DNA from: a virus
Reading direction: 5' to 3' (one strand)
Virus record (IMG/VR): IMGVR_UViG_3300045988_126281
Length of the DNA stretch: 64,000 nt
Positions 12,301 to 20,500 of this stretch are shown here, piece by piece. The first letter of the stretch is position 1. Every line of letters starts with the position of its first letter. A model generated the notes under the pieces. It worked only from the letters and a program-made list of their open reading frames with translations, made no database searches and had not been told where the DNA came from. The position numbers and the translations under genes were made by a program.

Positions 12301-14454
12301 TGGATTACCGTTAGCATCAGCATCTTTAGTAATATATTGTTTTAAAAGTTCAATTCCTTTATTGCTAATATAACCGTTTTTATCTATTTCTGTATATCTA
12401 ATTTGTTCAATAAAATTAGTAAGCCAATTGTTTCTTAAAAGGTTACTACTTGAATTTCCTTTAGCGTTTTGAGCATTAAGATTAGCAGTAGTTGGAATTA
12501 AATCTTTAATAGCTTTTGTAATATCAAATAAGCCAGCCTCAGCAGCAGTAGTTGTTATATTACTATTATTATAAATTGGTTTTTCGATATGAATAGAAGA
12601 ATCTGCTAACTCCTCAATAAGTTTATTATATTTACTCATTTCAGAAGCAAATCTTGTATTTTCTTTTTGTTTACTTTCAAAAGTAGTAGTTACTCCTGCA
12701 TTAAATTTAGATATAGCATTAAGTATTTCATTAACTTTTTTAGCTCTATCTATTAATGACATATTATAAAGACTTCTTTTAATAGACTTAATATCTATTC
12801 CAGGAAAAAATTTAGTAAGATAATCAGTTATTGGAACAATAAATTTGTTATTACTCCAAATCTTTTCAAGAATAAGTTTAGGCTTATTAACCATTTCTTT
12901 AGCCAAAGCAGTAAGTTCTGTAATTTTATTTTCATCATAAGGATTGTATGAATCGATATAAGTAGAAAGAAAATTATTTCTTAAATTGAAATAAAGATTT
13001 ACAGAAGAATTATTATCTTTATTATTTTGGTCGAATCTATTTTGCTCTGCAATATAAGCAATACATTTATTAATGATAGGTTGTTTAAGTTCAGTAAAAA
13101 TAAGTCTTGCAAAAGTAATATCCTCTTTCATATTCTTAACCATTTGGCTAAGACCATAAAGACTTGGATTAGTTTGAGAAAGTCTTTCTACACTTTGAAT
13201 AAAATCATAAACAGAACCAAAACTTGCATGAGCCATTAATTGATTAATAACAACTTGATAAGGAATAGAAATTTTAGTACCAAGAGAAGTATTATAAGAA
13301 TACATAGGCTCTTGTCCGTCTTTAATTGGTTCTTCAAGTTGATAAAAAGAACCAAGATACATTTTTATTCCACTACTAAATTGTTTAGTCCAGCTACTTG
13401 GCTGAGAATGTTCCCATTCTTTAGCCATATTATCTATTGAATCTTCATCATCAAAATTTAATTCTGAATAAATATTATCAGATTCTGTAATAACTTGAGC
13501 ATCGGATTTAGCAAGTTGTCCAAATTCTTTATCAAATATTTGTTTAAGTTCATAGATACCAGAACTTAAAATAGAATCATTAAGCCAAGTAGTAGAATTA
13601 ATATTTTTAACTAAAGCAAGAAAATTATGTTGTTGTTCATTACCATATTCTAGAAGATTATAAAGAGAATCGAACCACTGTCCTCTTAAAGCTTTAACTT
13701 CAGCATCAATAGGAGCTATTTCTATTTTAAGTTCTTTAATTTGCTTTTTAAGACTATTAAGAGCATTATTAAATTTTATTTTAGTATTTTCATCTTTAAT
13801 AGAATTAAGTTTATCTTTATTATCGGTATATTTTTCTATAAGAGTATTAAGTTTTTCAATTTTAGGATTAAGCTCAGTTTTTCTTTCAGAATATAATTTT
13901 TCTAAATCTTTAGCTAATTTAATTCTTTTGGCTAAATCTTTATTTTCAACATTAGTTTGCTCATAAACAATTTTAGCTTGATTACGAGCTTCTTTTCTCA
14001 TTTCAGCAATAGCATCTTCATACGCTTCTTTAAGAGTTTGTTTTTTACCTTGTTTAGTAAGATTAGTAATATATTTTTCTTTTAAAACATCAGCTGTATG
14101 CTGAAGAGCTTCTTTTTTAGCAGTAGTAGTAAGAAAACCGTTTTTAGTATCAAGTTGAGTACTTGATGACATTCTACTTACACTTGGGTGTGTAATTTGA
14201 ATATAAGTTTTAAATTTACTTTTAAGACGATTTCCATCATATTTATCAGTAAAAATATTAAAGCCCGCCGCTAATGTTTCATCATTAGCAACGAGCCATT
14301 CAACAAACGCACCTGAAGTACCATCTTCATTAATACTTCCAGCAAGCACTTGTTTGTCTTTAACACTGAGACCTTCAGTGTTATTAATAAGTCTAGCAAT
14401 TCTACCAGACTTATCACCATTGATTGTGAATGAAAAAATTGAACAAGTTGGCAT
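328..14454 (-). CDS. Giant 4708-aa multidomain virion/ejection protein with RNA-polymerase-like catalytic motif (DFDID)
   Basis: Uninterrupted 14.1-kb ORF. The peptide GFVDSAYGSTIIVADEWVRQTGSDFDIDTIYG is encoded at ~8965-9060 (minus strand). Its DFDID resembles the DxDGD Mg-binding loop of the double-psi-beta-barrel virion RNAPs of crAss-like phages (phi14:2 gp66 family). The gene sits at the end of the tail/ejection block and is followed by a hairpin plus T-run terminator. Confidence 0.6.
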   Translation of the reverse strand: MPTCSIFSFTINGDKSGRIARLINNTEGLSVKDKQVLAGSINEDGTSGAFVEWLVANDETLAAGFNIFTDKYDGNRLKSKFKTYIQITHPSVSRMSSSTQLDTKNGFLTTTAKKEALQHTADVLKEKYITNLTKQGKKQTLKEAYEDAIAEMRKEARNQAKIVYEQTNVENKDLAKRIKLAKDLEKLYSERKTELNPKIEKLNTLIEKYTDNKDKLNSIKDENTKIKFNNALNSLKKQIKELKIEIAPIDAEVKALRGQWFDSLYNLLEYGNEQQHNFLALVKNINSTTWLNDSILSSGIYELKQIFDKEFGQLAKSDAQVITESDNIYSELNFDDEDSIDNMAKEWEHSQPSSWTKQFSSGIKMYLGSFYQLEEPIKDGQEPMYSYNTSLGTKISIPYQVVINQLMAHASFGSVYDFIQSVERLSQTNPSLYGLSQMVKNMKEDITFARLIFTELKQPIINKCIAYIAEQNRFDQNNKDNNSSVNLYFNLRNNFLSTYIDSYNPYDENKITELTALAKEMVNKPKLILEKIWSNNKFIVPITDYLTKFFPGIDIKSIKRSLYNMSLIDRAKKVNEILNAISKFNAGVTTTFESKQKENTRFASEMSKYNKLIEELADSSIHIEKPIYNNSNITTTAAEAGLFDITKAIKDLIPTTANLNAQNAKGNSSSNLLRNNWLTNFIEQIRYTEIDKNGYISNKGIELLKQYITKDADANGNPKYYRYSNILFGINDGSKQIVKGLFTKDRAGIKANIDVINAFDIALFDGVRSVAEQDGTVYQQMAKPDYFLANMYAFKAAINYKNNSNSEVLKDSNSKQNNFTNIFMRIPSDASNIFTVQMPIIPTNNIFITDEEGLNSDIFNKYLANLSDKVNQELIKDKLLNKISKTELLTKDNAKLFLNIIKNNGIKEEFNFPFSKAIKQGKDYYLPFGIDIGETQDRVVIYLKAKKVGDTTGKTRNIFKEATISSIVSDNKVNPLDIILNYLIRQQESYTLLQSEFPNRTSYNFSSAVHIGLRNNVLGELQNFITQVMNVFDDKFNLKTNTKNLYDTYHLGKDGKLIKKVNNHLELAGRAFTFGKLFNINGIDYGRKIIESLSLYREGANNQTINNPLFIEENGTLHINPNHSLIKFVQTNKDNKTLIFDEQKVNEIINPIIQEWVKAYDNYIQTQSQEFIDILPSDINQDTIKAAIYNMTLDYMSFDDIFEGSDKFYKDAQTFLKRAKETQMGGKVFSGFDFGKEIGGEITEVTDRNGNKEEILLTNDKGEKVSISRNLMTPNGLTKVDKTYAQNGFRAVTIYNTINSYDKIEEQRKQIYRERIRRSIANIAKELHLDKTAEEIYKMSVEEFNEYYKSLNNKYINAAKSQIEKEANATAEYITKGYEAVAKVNDAQSFITLDEFIRRRYYDGTLNDYKDLLWKLIDENYELTGDELNEINARIQPQKNVYYDIAYDSVNQVYYPRQIKNAEFVIIPKLLPKGSDLDYIYRLMVDNDIAQLNTKETSKAANKNVLTLWDNNGNLQLDSFTEAIKDNTNVENYYYRNLYKQQDVIDHMVDEENKAGIQIMKKIQDNLNSGNPSVKKSVNNLQTAFSANIKNSFNQLLFNIGLEFVDNKIQNRFYKTTDENGNPLTASQIEFNKYNINFKDFYRRARVEAERLGMDSNFIEYITPNEDGSVDMPNFMNNVASKLESIAQAMFNKSITRQTLPGWHAAQVTGVGYSNKLQYRPTIYNEDGTVKETGYMEVYLPRWSKLIPQWTKDNAEGLSKEEFDKRLLAKMESEGLDIHIGYRIPTEGKQSVSVLKVKGFVDSAYGSTIIVADEWVRQTGSDFDIDTIYGISYEMYKDSEGNLHKIEYKEPTNEAEWAKGYIAYIKDILNNSKSDEKNIIKAKETAKGPFINDKGKPSLLVQLKAFNKLSKEIHLPSFNEYQNLPIEERMTTAERNNYILDQMVNIMQDVSSYEENQARSNFDDITEAKSELEDIIGVSAKSYSSYNPFDQFRFMQNAIDGKQLKAASVNRDTFNSVNNILRTQIKHGIIVDYKLGEDYDLATIKEAYGDKVEVYEKNGITYARVYHNRLGHSLNDRNIIGRYVTVYSSETTAHILDAIKEGAIYNESMFTFSTFKTLVDLGIDYKTAIAFLMQPAITAINVENNKLLSQFVKNYGNAIDLGIKSIITKYNAIPLHGGESLTTIINTLSKDSKFIKTFEKVFDTKINFDKNGNSNLFEFKANIERESLVNNLKSEHNTYEDFVYDLGIALTFRNYYYLSQSIDAIAKCTRPDSYGARQTIRSTRAILEDIENYTNNDKNPTTNELFGIDDNGNEVPILKLLYPDYKYTEDGININTEKSKYKYLANILKYSTATSVSVNQNLFLTESKDFNDITKNVQQLIGRSFTDEQYNTYKRYLVSMLYNNIPVLSTPITINKNGFFVQDGTRIADEVNESLEYWNAEKGRIYGFIEKENDRIEDTIEVPEGKDKELYRNEIINLPVKELLANHSDFINRYNRLTPAQKVLFIKRMFNYDAGLFEIVNVQKFNQTEVNNKGYSKNRITIKTDNYNIEDIFKLFNEAFFNKNYFVRMAAADLVKYAFIVEGFNFTYNGISKVIPNSILKADINNNGLGLMSSITDEKQNLIMSVNDRFKDLLKYNDNFRQNYVDKFVRSHSALVRTYRFPKHSTEGQTMNLGNKLNNCILSDDSIYIPLTESYQDLLEQIRLTADSTEGYVKLQYYTGKKRNHNLYKIVRNDKLQGIYLIPLNELEANETSDYSINNGNNRFRPYDYYKDIVTNKINSQLTLDDVKQIIKSESDKTTKIPTYKFKNVKQDINSDYLQVMADNFTDTSIKGKLIHDAASKFVNDVTKWYINYGKRADVEYGLVYNTSEQLNRVLNLKENGAIFQDIYINDQKVTIKITPYSVTRINNKIYKKWNVETNKKGKYSPLDTSEQIFYDNEIEGNKYFETNTNRDRSIYKIEFIADEAIVKQEADEIRRRNEEKVEFEASVFDDLDIDIPTGTTAEITDEQRLPLLIANDIKYSINRGNTYNGLYDSNLFLSKGIRLDSIKEVNEHKKDIYSIANRYYERKANELLANVSNFTLSDGNTYSISDPNLYKELNKEENKGDFDRLIKLLLELRTFGENIYSNIGAYLTSNDADTAKALIKLSKTIDRIKGDSEIIAKINKAYDNVFNIFLADNYSTNPNVQLGLVTLTDVYGDSGFGAHWIGDIHDINHKQIQVITKMVERVLKTEEIKGQRMVAEYKKKIEEIKSKGNVDYNKIINKYGKFVQDYTDKFKEDKVKYQKELDELRATKGETSIEYLRKKLEFDKWKLKNTNQRLPDDYYKKDIQLREEVLAKVGDKFAEYLTLRQKLYALYNDSKNLTKEQQEELINLRRQVANLSNPNRVYNNTEDTDLIFTDDGFVIQNESEQKKQYNIALAIKEYTDKKKALNKQYFEDVVSEDFKENLKYNLDVVENYNKEHPYDSEEVKLQNIKYAASVEWLRDNATFIPNEEASDKINKAFKVLQRNSNKLNGRKLKKLLQDIKDKKTTNLYDVFGTIDGTKFTNEEKSQIRDIILEQYKPFGSIDENGNYDNSKGFNRPDNELAYSDAGLIKDIDEQPIYNYRFYRDLNFIPKGTDGIIKKQELYTRINNILYKCINKDTGRIDFDILYKNLGQAEIQDLAQYYQELRDLYSEDKDSLPVEESDSEKLVKTFAKTDNKKFMESYAKAIRLGGNALSVFKMIFCEPNQNGFVLKDKSKNKQTAGYIPNKFIYGYFSLTKKKGDPFKVADADEIANVKKYINKEATEARELLNSNVEFTNTDHYYTELQNVLNKAKEIEKSQGKEAADKYYDDWFNLNHTYNPYKRKWEALPIWTKLSYKEDGSLKGQYEWKPRENNIEHTPKQINPNYKENSYNYRTDTGSYNNPNVPALNDAEKEMRNYLRGIMTQFSLNKQSQKFIKEGNAPRLYNPKIDAKWYGSQLAQAAGLKFRNYSDRTWHEDISYAKNFEPKFDMLQELKAKGYKQLIKVRPKLTLETDTEYKKYIDDVTSKNNEIRKENKELEKSVLNTDWENVFKQFIFNANQYDARAKVKNLMYLQLEDLKHRNALKVSPFGNLVKDKNFNVSDDTKYLEISQKGTIDAFETYIKRVLFGEYKKLNPLTKYADFLQNITSAKYMIFNIYGGITNVATGLVNILGEQFAKEYFGTSEFAKAAGFYSANALGMMNDALSNTDKPSNMASALARFFNVVNIDEMLEFGRGDFASASENAQRVQNILYSMQSGGEHFMQNTVLFAVLNSHRLITNSDGKVEAMSIADYTRNLDELALRKVIDGNQVLIDRYNDFKKYIRQDKNIAMKYNNFQRDLPTEFIKSLATKEQQQEITKKYVSMRDEFRKNAKEEFDKAPTIMNQLDYDSKTGMINIKPDSLLTDEICGFLSTRAIEINKKIHGFYDKNAAAVIERYWWGSLVMQYHKHIYPGIMKRYRTKGYYNEIRGTREYGSYAAFWNYLTTDFNNYKQKARALHTKNTGDISFNDSDITALESIQTTAICALDCINNLKINWELLPTWQQQNIKRALADVVGITASLLLTMGIYAMADDDDIKEDIFINSLLYLADREYSESRMYTPFGLGSELSTMMSSPVAMTNTVEDCIKLIGFVINDITDEDWSPVYTSGVYANQNKYAVTVLRNIPAIRVIRRISTIDKNNNYYRINSNAFASKAAKNIGKSIGNKD
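3405..3417 (-). repeat. 17-nt motif copy (CTGCCCGTAGAGGAATC, minus-sense) inside the 4708-aa gene
   Basis: + strand cctctacgggcag. Encodes SLPVEES. Confidence 0.8.
11163..11175 (+). repeat. 17-nt motif variant (CTCCCTGTAAAGGGAT) inside the 4708-aa gene
   Basis: One mismatch (G3 to C) against the consensus. Encodes SLYRE on the coding strand. Confidence 0.5.
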
Positions 14455-14501
14455 AATAAATGAATTTTAAGTTTCACCAATAAAATCTCAATTAATATGG
14501 A

Positions 14502-14551
14502 CTTTGAAAATTAAAAAATATTGCAGATTTTGAACTAAAATAAGGCTCTCT
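14502..14551 (-). promoter_or_regulatory. Conserved late promoter-like element, copy B (upstream of the 4708-aa gene)
   Basis: Minus-sense AGAGAGCCTTATTTTAGTTCAAAATCTGCAATATTTTTTAATTTTCAAAG, 48-97 nt upstream of the ATG at 14454. Sits in the loop of the terminator hairpin. Confidence 0.5.
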
Positions 14552-14565
14552 ATCTGCAATATTTT
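14514..14565 (-). terminator. Terminator hairpin after the 2235-aa gene, overlapping promoter-like element B
   Basis: Perfect 13-14 bp inverted repeat aaatattgcagat/atctgcaatattt followed (minus-sense) by TTTTTTAATTTTC. Confidence 0.5.
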
Positions 14566-14580
14566 CTAAATATGAGTAAC

Positions 14581-17500
14581 TTATCGACAACGGAAATTTA
14601 ATTCATTAGAATCGATTTGTGATTGAATTAAGTGCCTATCAGCAACCTCGAATCTATTTACATAATCGCCCATTGTTGATATTCGAGAAATACCATTTAA
14701 GCTAACATTTGGATTTGCAGCATAAACTTCAGCAGCAATATCATTTGAATCAGTAAGTTCATCAAACATAGAAAAATCTTCATCATCTTTAATAGTAAAA
14801 GGATTATCTGTTATATCAGAATCATCTGTTTCATCAGTAGTTGATTCATCTTCAGAAGTTAATTCTTCATCAGTAAAACCAGAAAGAAAATCATCTATAT
14901 CAGATTGTTCTTCTTGTTGTTTTTCAGTATTATCTTGAATAGTATTAGATTCTTCTTTAATTTCATTATCTTCTCTTATGGTATCAGTTGATTCTTCTGC
15001 CAATTCCTCTACGGGCAGACTGCTAATATCTTCTTCTTGTTGAATACTACTTGTAAAGTCAAGAGTACTACCAGTATCATCACCAAGAATATTATATATT
15101 TCTGTAAATATAGTATTATTTTTTGATTTATCAATACCAAATATATCGAGTATTGCATCTATAATTTTTTGAAGAAGAGATTTATGCTCTTCTTTATATT
15201 CAATAGCAGTTTCTTTACCAACAGGAATAGTATTAAGATATTGCATAAGAACACTTTGACTAAATACTTCAGAAACCCATTCTTTAGCTATTTGAATATC
15301 AGTTGTATAAGTTTTATTAAAGTTATCTGCAAAATTTCTTAATATTTCAGCATAAGCTCCATCATATGTTTCAAGAGATTTTTTAAACTCATTAAATGTA
15401 TTAACTAAAGAAATAACTTTTCCTTTATCTTTAAAGAAATCAGTTTTATCAGTAACTCTATGCATTTGTTCATGAATAAGCTCACGAAGAAGATTTTTAG
15501 GTTTATTTTGAATTTGGTCTAATCCAAGTTTACCAATAAAAATTTTACCTTTTTCTTCTTTTTTACCTTTAGTAATATATCCTCCATAAACATTACTTCT
15601 TGGTTTAATAAGAACTTCATTTGGAATAAATCCACCATCAAAACGAGCATCAGCAAATTTTTGATTAAGTTTTTTAATTTTATCTAAATCAATTCCAATA
15701 GAATTAAGCTCATCTTTAAAAGTATCAAGAAGTTCATTAGAAGTAATTGATTTCTTTTGTTTAACTTCAACAATTTTTTCAGCAGTAGTTTTTGATTGTT
15801 GAAGATGGCTTTCATTAATTTTAGGAGGAGTAATTTTTTCAAGTTTTACAAACAAAGAATTAAAGTTATAAGGCTTAGCAACAGTACCTTGAGAACCTCT
15901 TCTCATATGACTTGTAGTAACAGCATTATTACTAACAAGAAAATCAGAATAAGATTCATAAAGATGATTAAATCCACCTATATTAACTTGAATGCTTCCA
16001 TTGGCATTTCTTGTTACATATTGACTAAGTTGCTTATTTGTACCAATATCTTTAAAAGCAAAATTAGCCATATTAAATTCAAGATTTTCAGCAATAATTT
16101 CTTCAACAATATTTAATCCTGTAGAAACAGATTCATTTTTATTACGAGCATTAATCTTTTTATTTTTACCATAAAATATAATTTGATTAGTATAATAATA
16201 AATTTCATCTTGTGGAAGAACTATTTTACCTTTAGAATTAACAAGTTCTTTCTTTTTGGCATCATAAGTTACATCAGCAAATTTTTTAAAAGTAATAATG
16301 CGTTCATATTTAACTATATCTTGTTTATTCTTATATTGTCTAAGTAAATGAACGCCTGTTGAATCTTTACTGATAATAATTCCTTTAAATATAGAATTAC
16401 TTCCATAACTAAAAATAGAACTTAATTGATTGTAAAGATTATCGAAATCAATAGATGATTTATTTTTCTTAGCAAAATAATCATTAATTATTTTTGTAAG
16501 TTCATTATAAACTCCTTTATAAAGTTCTTTTGATTGAGCGACTTTATTAGTGCCATTAAATAAAGCAACAATAGGACTTCCATTTTTATTTTCTAAAACC
16601 ATTCCATAACTACCTGGCATAAAAGTGGCAGGATTATTATAATGATTTCCATTTTCATCAACACCTTCAGTAATATTTGTAAACATAATAACAGGATGTC
16701 TAGTTTTACCATTTAAAGATTTTTCTCTAACAGCTTTACCTAAACCTAAATTTCCAATATCATTTTGTTTACTACTATCATAAAGCCATTCTAATTCAGA
16801 ACTATCAAGAGATTGAAGAGTGATTTCATAATCAACTTTACCATTATCTTCTAACTGAGTTTGTAAATCATAAGTTCTGTTATAATTGTTCCAAACAGAT
16901 TGAATATAATTGTAATAAGAAAGATATAATGATTCTTTATCTAAAGATACTTTGTTATTTTGGCTTCTATAATTATAAAAAATTATACCATTAAGAGGAG
17001 AAATAATGCGTTTTTTAACTTTATTAATTAATTCATTTTTTCCTTGAGGAGATTTATTTTTAGTATTAATATCAAGAACACCAAAAGTTCCATCTTCAAT
17101 AAAAGGTTTAATTATTGGACTATTTAAAAGTTCTAAACAATAATCATAAAGAGCATCTCCTTGTAAATAAGTATTAGGATTAGCAATAAAATCAAAAAGT
17201 TTTTGATAATCTTTATTGCTTCTTTGAATAAGTTCATAAATAAATCCATCGATATTACTTTCAATACCTTCTTTTGTTTTAGTTACTTCTGGTCTAAATC
17301 CATATTCTCCTTTTCTACGATAAGTATTGCCATCAGCACTTCTATTAACAGTATCTATAAATCCAATTTCATTACCTTCTTCATCAACAAAACTAAGAGA
17401 AGCTGGGTCTTTTTTAGCTCCAACCCAACGTTCAGTTTTTTTAACAAAAATTTTCTGTCCAATAGATTTTTTAATAGTAGTTGGACTTTTAGTAGCATTT

Positions 17501-20500
17501 TGCCCAACTTGAATATGCAAACTATTTTCAGAAATTTCAACTGAAGTTGCAGCATTATATAAATCATCAAGTATTTTAGAAGTAGAATTATTAAGATATT
17601 CTATATTTCTAAAAGAATATCCTAAAGATTCAGTATGAGCAAAACTAATTTTAGTTTTAACATTTTCCCCTATTGTAAATTGAAATCTTGCAATTTTTCT
17701 AAGACCTTCAAGAACAGTAAGAAAATCATCAAGAGTAATTTGTTTAGCAACATCAGTTTCATTTTTTCTCATCTGTTGATAAAAATAATTAATAACATCT
17801 TTCATATCAATTACAGTAAGTTCTTTACCGTTTTTGATAATATGATTTCTACCAACAGTGTTAAGATATTCTTTAAAAGTATCTTCAATTAATTTTTTAA
17901 TAGAATCTTCATCATTAATTTCATCGAATCTACTAAAATTTCTATTGCTTGTAACATCAAGATTACCTTGATGAATAATTGTTTCAAGGTTAGCAATTAT
18001 TTGTTTAAGAGCAGGAATTACTTTATTTGCAGCTTTAGAATTAACTGATTCAGCTCTTTGTTGAATGTAGTACATTGTTCTTGAAAGAGCAATAGGAGCT
18101 TCTATTTCTGCTTCAGCCTTATCATAGCCTTGACTAACTAAATCAGAAATGATAGCATCAATAAAACTTTGACGAGCTACATTATCGTTAGGATAATTTA
18201 AAAGATTTTCATAAAGTTCTTTATGCTTAATAAGAATATTAAAAGAACTTTGATAAGCAGCTTCTTTTATATCAAGTTTAGTATTGCCAAACATTTCAGC
18301 TTCTTCAGTAAGAACTTTTTCTTCTTCAGCAGTCGGCCTAGATTCAACTTCGTTTTCATCAATAACTGGCTCAGTAGCAATTTGATTTTCTTCAGAAACA
18401 TATTCAATACTTTCAGAAGTATTATCAATAACTTCATCTGATTGTTCTTCCTTTACAGGGGAACTTATAGGAGTTGTTTTCAGAACATTAACTTCTATTG
18501 GAGGAGTTTTAGTTTCTTCAGAAGTAGTTGAAACAGTAAGAACAGATTCATCTGTCCTGCCCGTAGAGGAATCAGTTTCTATTCCATCATTTTCCACTCT
18601 ATTTTCATTAGCTTCATTTTGTGCTTGTCTATCAAGTTTGGCTTGAATAGCCATATCAAATAAACTATTAATTGTTTCTCTATTATTAGCACCAATTTTA
18701 AGAGTAAGCATGTCATTATGAAGCCTACGAGAAATATTAGTGTCATTAAGTAAATCATTAATAGCTTTTTCAGTATCTTCTGCTCTATCAATATAATCAA
18801 TAACTCTATTTAACGAATCTCCATAACGAGATGCTGCATTAGTAACAACTTGGCTTTCTATATCTTCAAAATACTTTTGTAATTCTTTTTTACCTTTAGG
18901 AATCCAAGAAGAATATATAGCATCATCAACATAAAGATTAGCACGAGCAAAAGCTTTTCTTAATTGTTCGTTAGTATAAGTTCCTGCTTCAAAAACTTTA
19001 GGTTTATAAAGTTCTTCAAACTTAATTTGAATTTCGTCAATAGTTTCTTGATTAATTTTAATACCAGAATCTTTAATGTATGTTTGGAAATCGCCAATAG
19101 TGTTTTGAGCAGCAAGATTTAAAAGACCTTCTTTTGCTTCATTAAGTTCTTTAAGTCTTGATTGATAACCGGCTTCAGATAGCGCTCTTCCATTAGTATC
19201 AATTTTACCTCGTTTAGAATTTAAATCAGTAATTTGTCTATCAATAGCAATAAGATTTTCATTAATTATATCATCAAGACTTTGGTTTAATAATTCTGTT
19301 TCAGAAACAATATCTGAATCTATATCAAGTTGATTTTTTTCTTCTCTAATTCTATCAACTTTATTTTGAAGTCTTGTAAGACTTTTAGCAGCTATTCTTG
19401 CAATATCGTTATTTACTATGTCAGTGTTATCAATAAAATCAAAAAGATTTTGATTATATCTTTCAACAACTTTATCCATAGTGTTAATAAGACTTTGTTC
19501 AAGCTGAGAATCTATTTGAATACCTTCTTGTTCATAATATTTATTAAACTCTTTGCTTGAAACAAATTCTTTAAGCAAATCATAGTTACCGTTTTCAGCA
19601 GCATTAATTGCAATATCGGTAACAAAATTATCAGTAGCTTGTTTTCTAAGTCTATTTTCTTGTTCTTCACTAATTGTATCAGCAAGTTCGTTAGAACCTT
19701 CTTTAGTCTCAAAAGGATTTTTATGTTCAGCAATTTGTCTCATTTGCTCAACATAATTATTCATTAAATTAAAACGATTATTAATATCATTAACACGAGC
19801 AACATTTTCACCTAATTCAAGAGCATCATACTGTTCTTGAGTTATTTTACCAGCTTTCTTTTTATAATTATTTTCAAGACGATTATAAAATTTTCCAAGA
19901 CCTCCTCCAGCAATTTTAAATCCAATTCCGCCTATAACTCCCCAAAATGCTTGGTCCCAAATACTTCCATCAGTTAAATAATCAGCAGCAGTTTTAGCAG
20001 TATAATTAGGGTCTGTATAAATATTAACAAGTTCTTCTCCACGTTGTTGTTGAATACCTTGCCAACCTTCTTCTATACCTTCACCAAGTTCAAGGACTCT
20101 CCAAGAATTTAATGGATTTTTAATATCAGTAGCAAGTCCTTTTAAAAATTTATTTTTAAGACTTTTCTCAACAGCTTTTTCATCAATAACTGCACCAGTC
20201 TTTTTTGCAAGATTAATAATAGATTCTGCTTGAGCTTTTCTAACAGCACCTGTAAGAGCTTTATTTTCTATACCTTTCCAAATATTAGAAATAGCTTTAA
20301 ATTGAGGAATATCCATAGCGAGTAAATACATATCATTAACATACGTATTATGACCTGCTTCAGAAGCAATTTTTTTAGCAATTTCTTCTTTAGAAAGTTC
20401 TGCAAATTGAGGATTATTTTCAATAAAAGTTTTATAATCGTTATCTGACATATTAGATAGTTCATTATTCATACTATCTAATACAGAGGTATAAACATCA

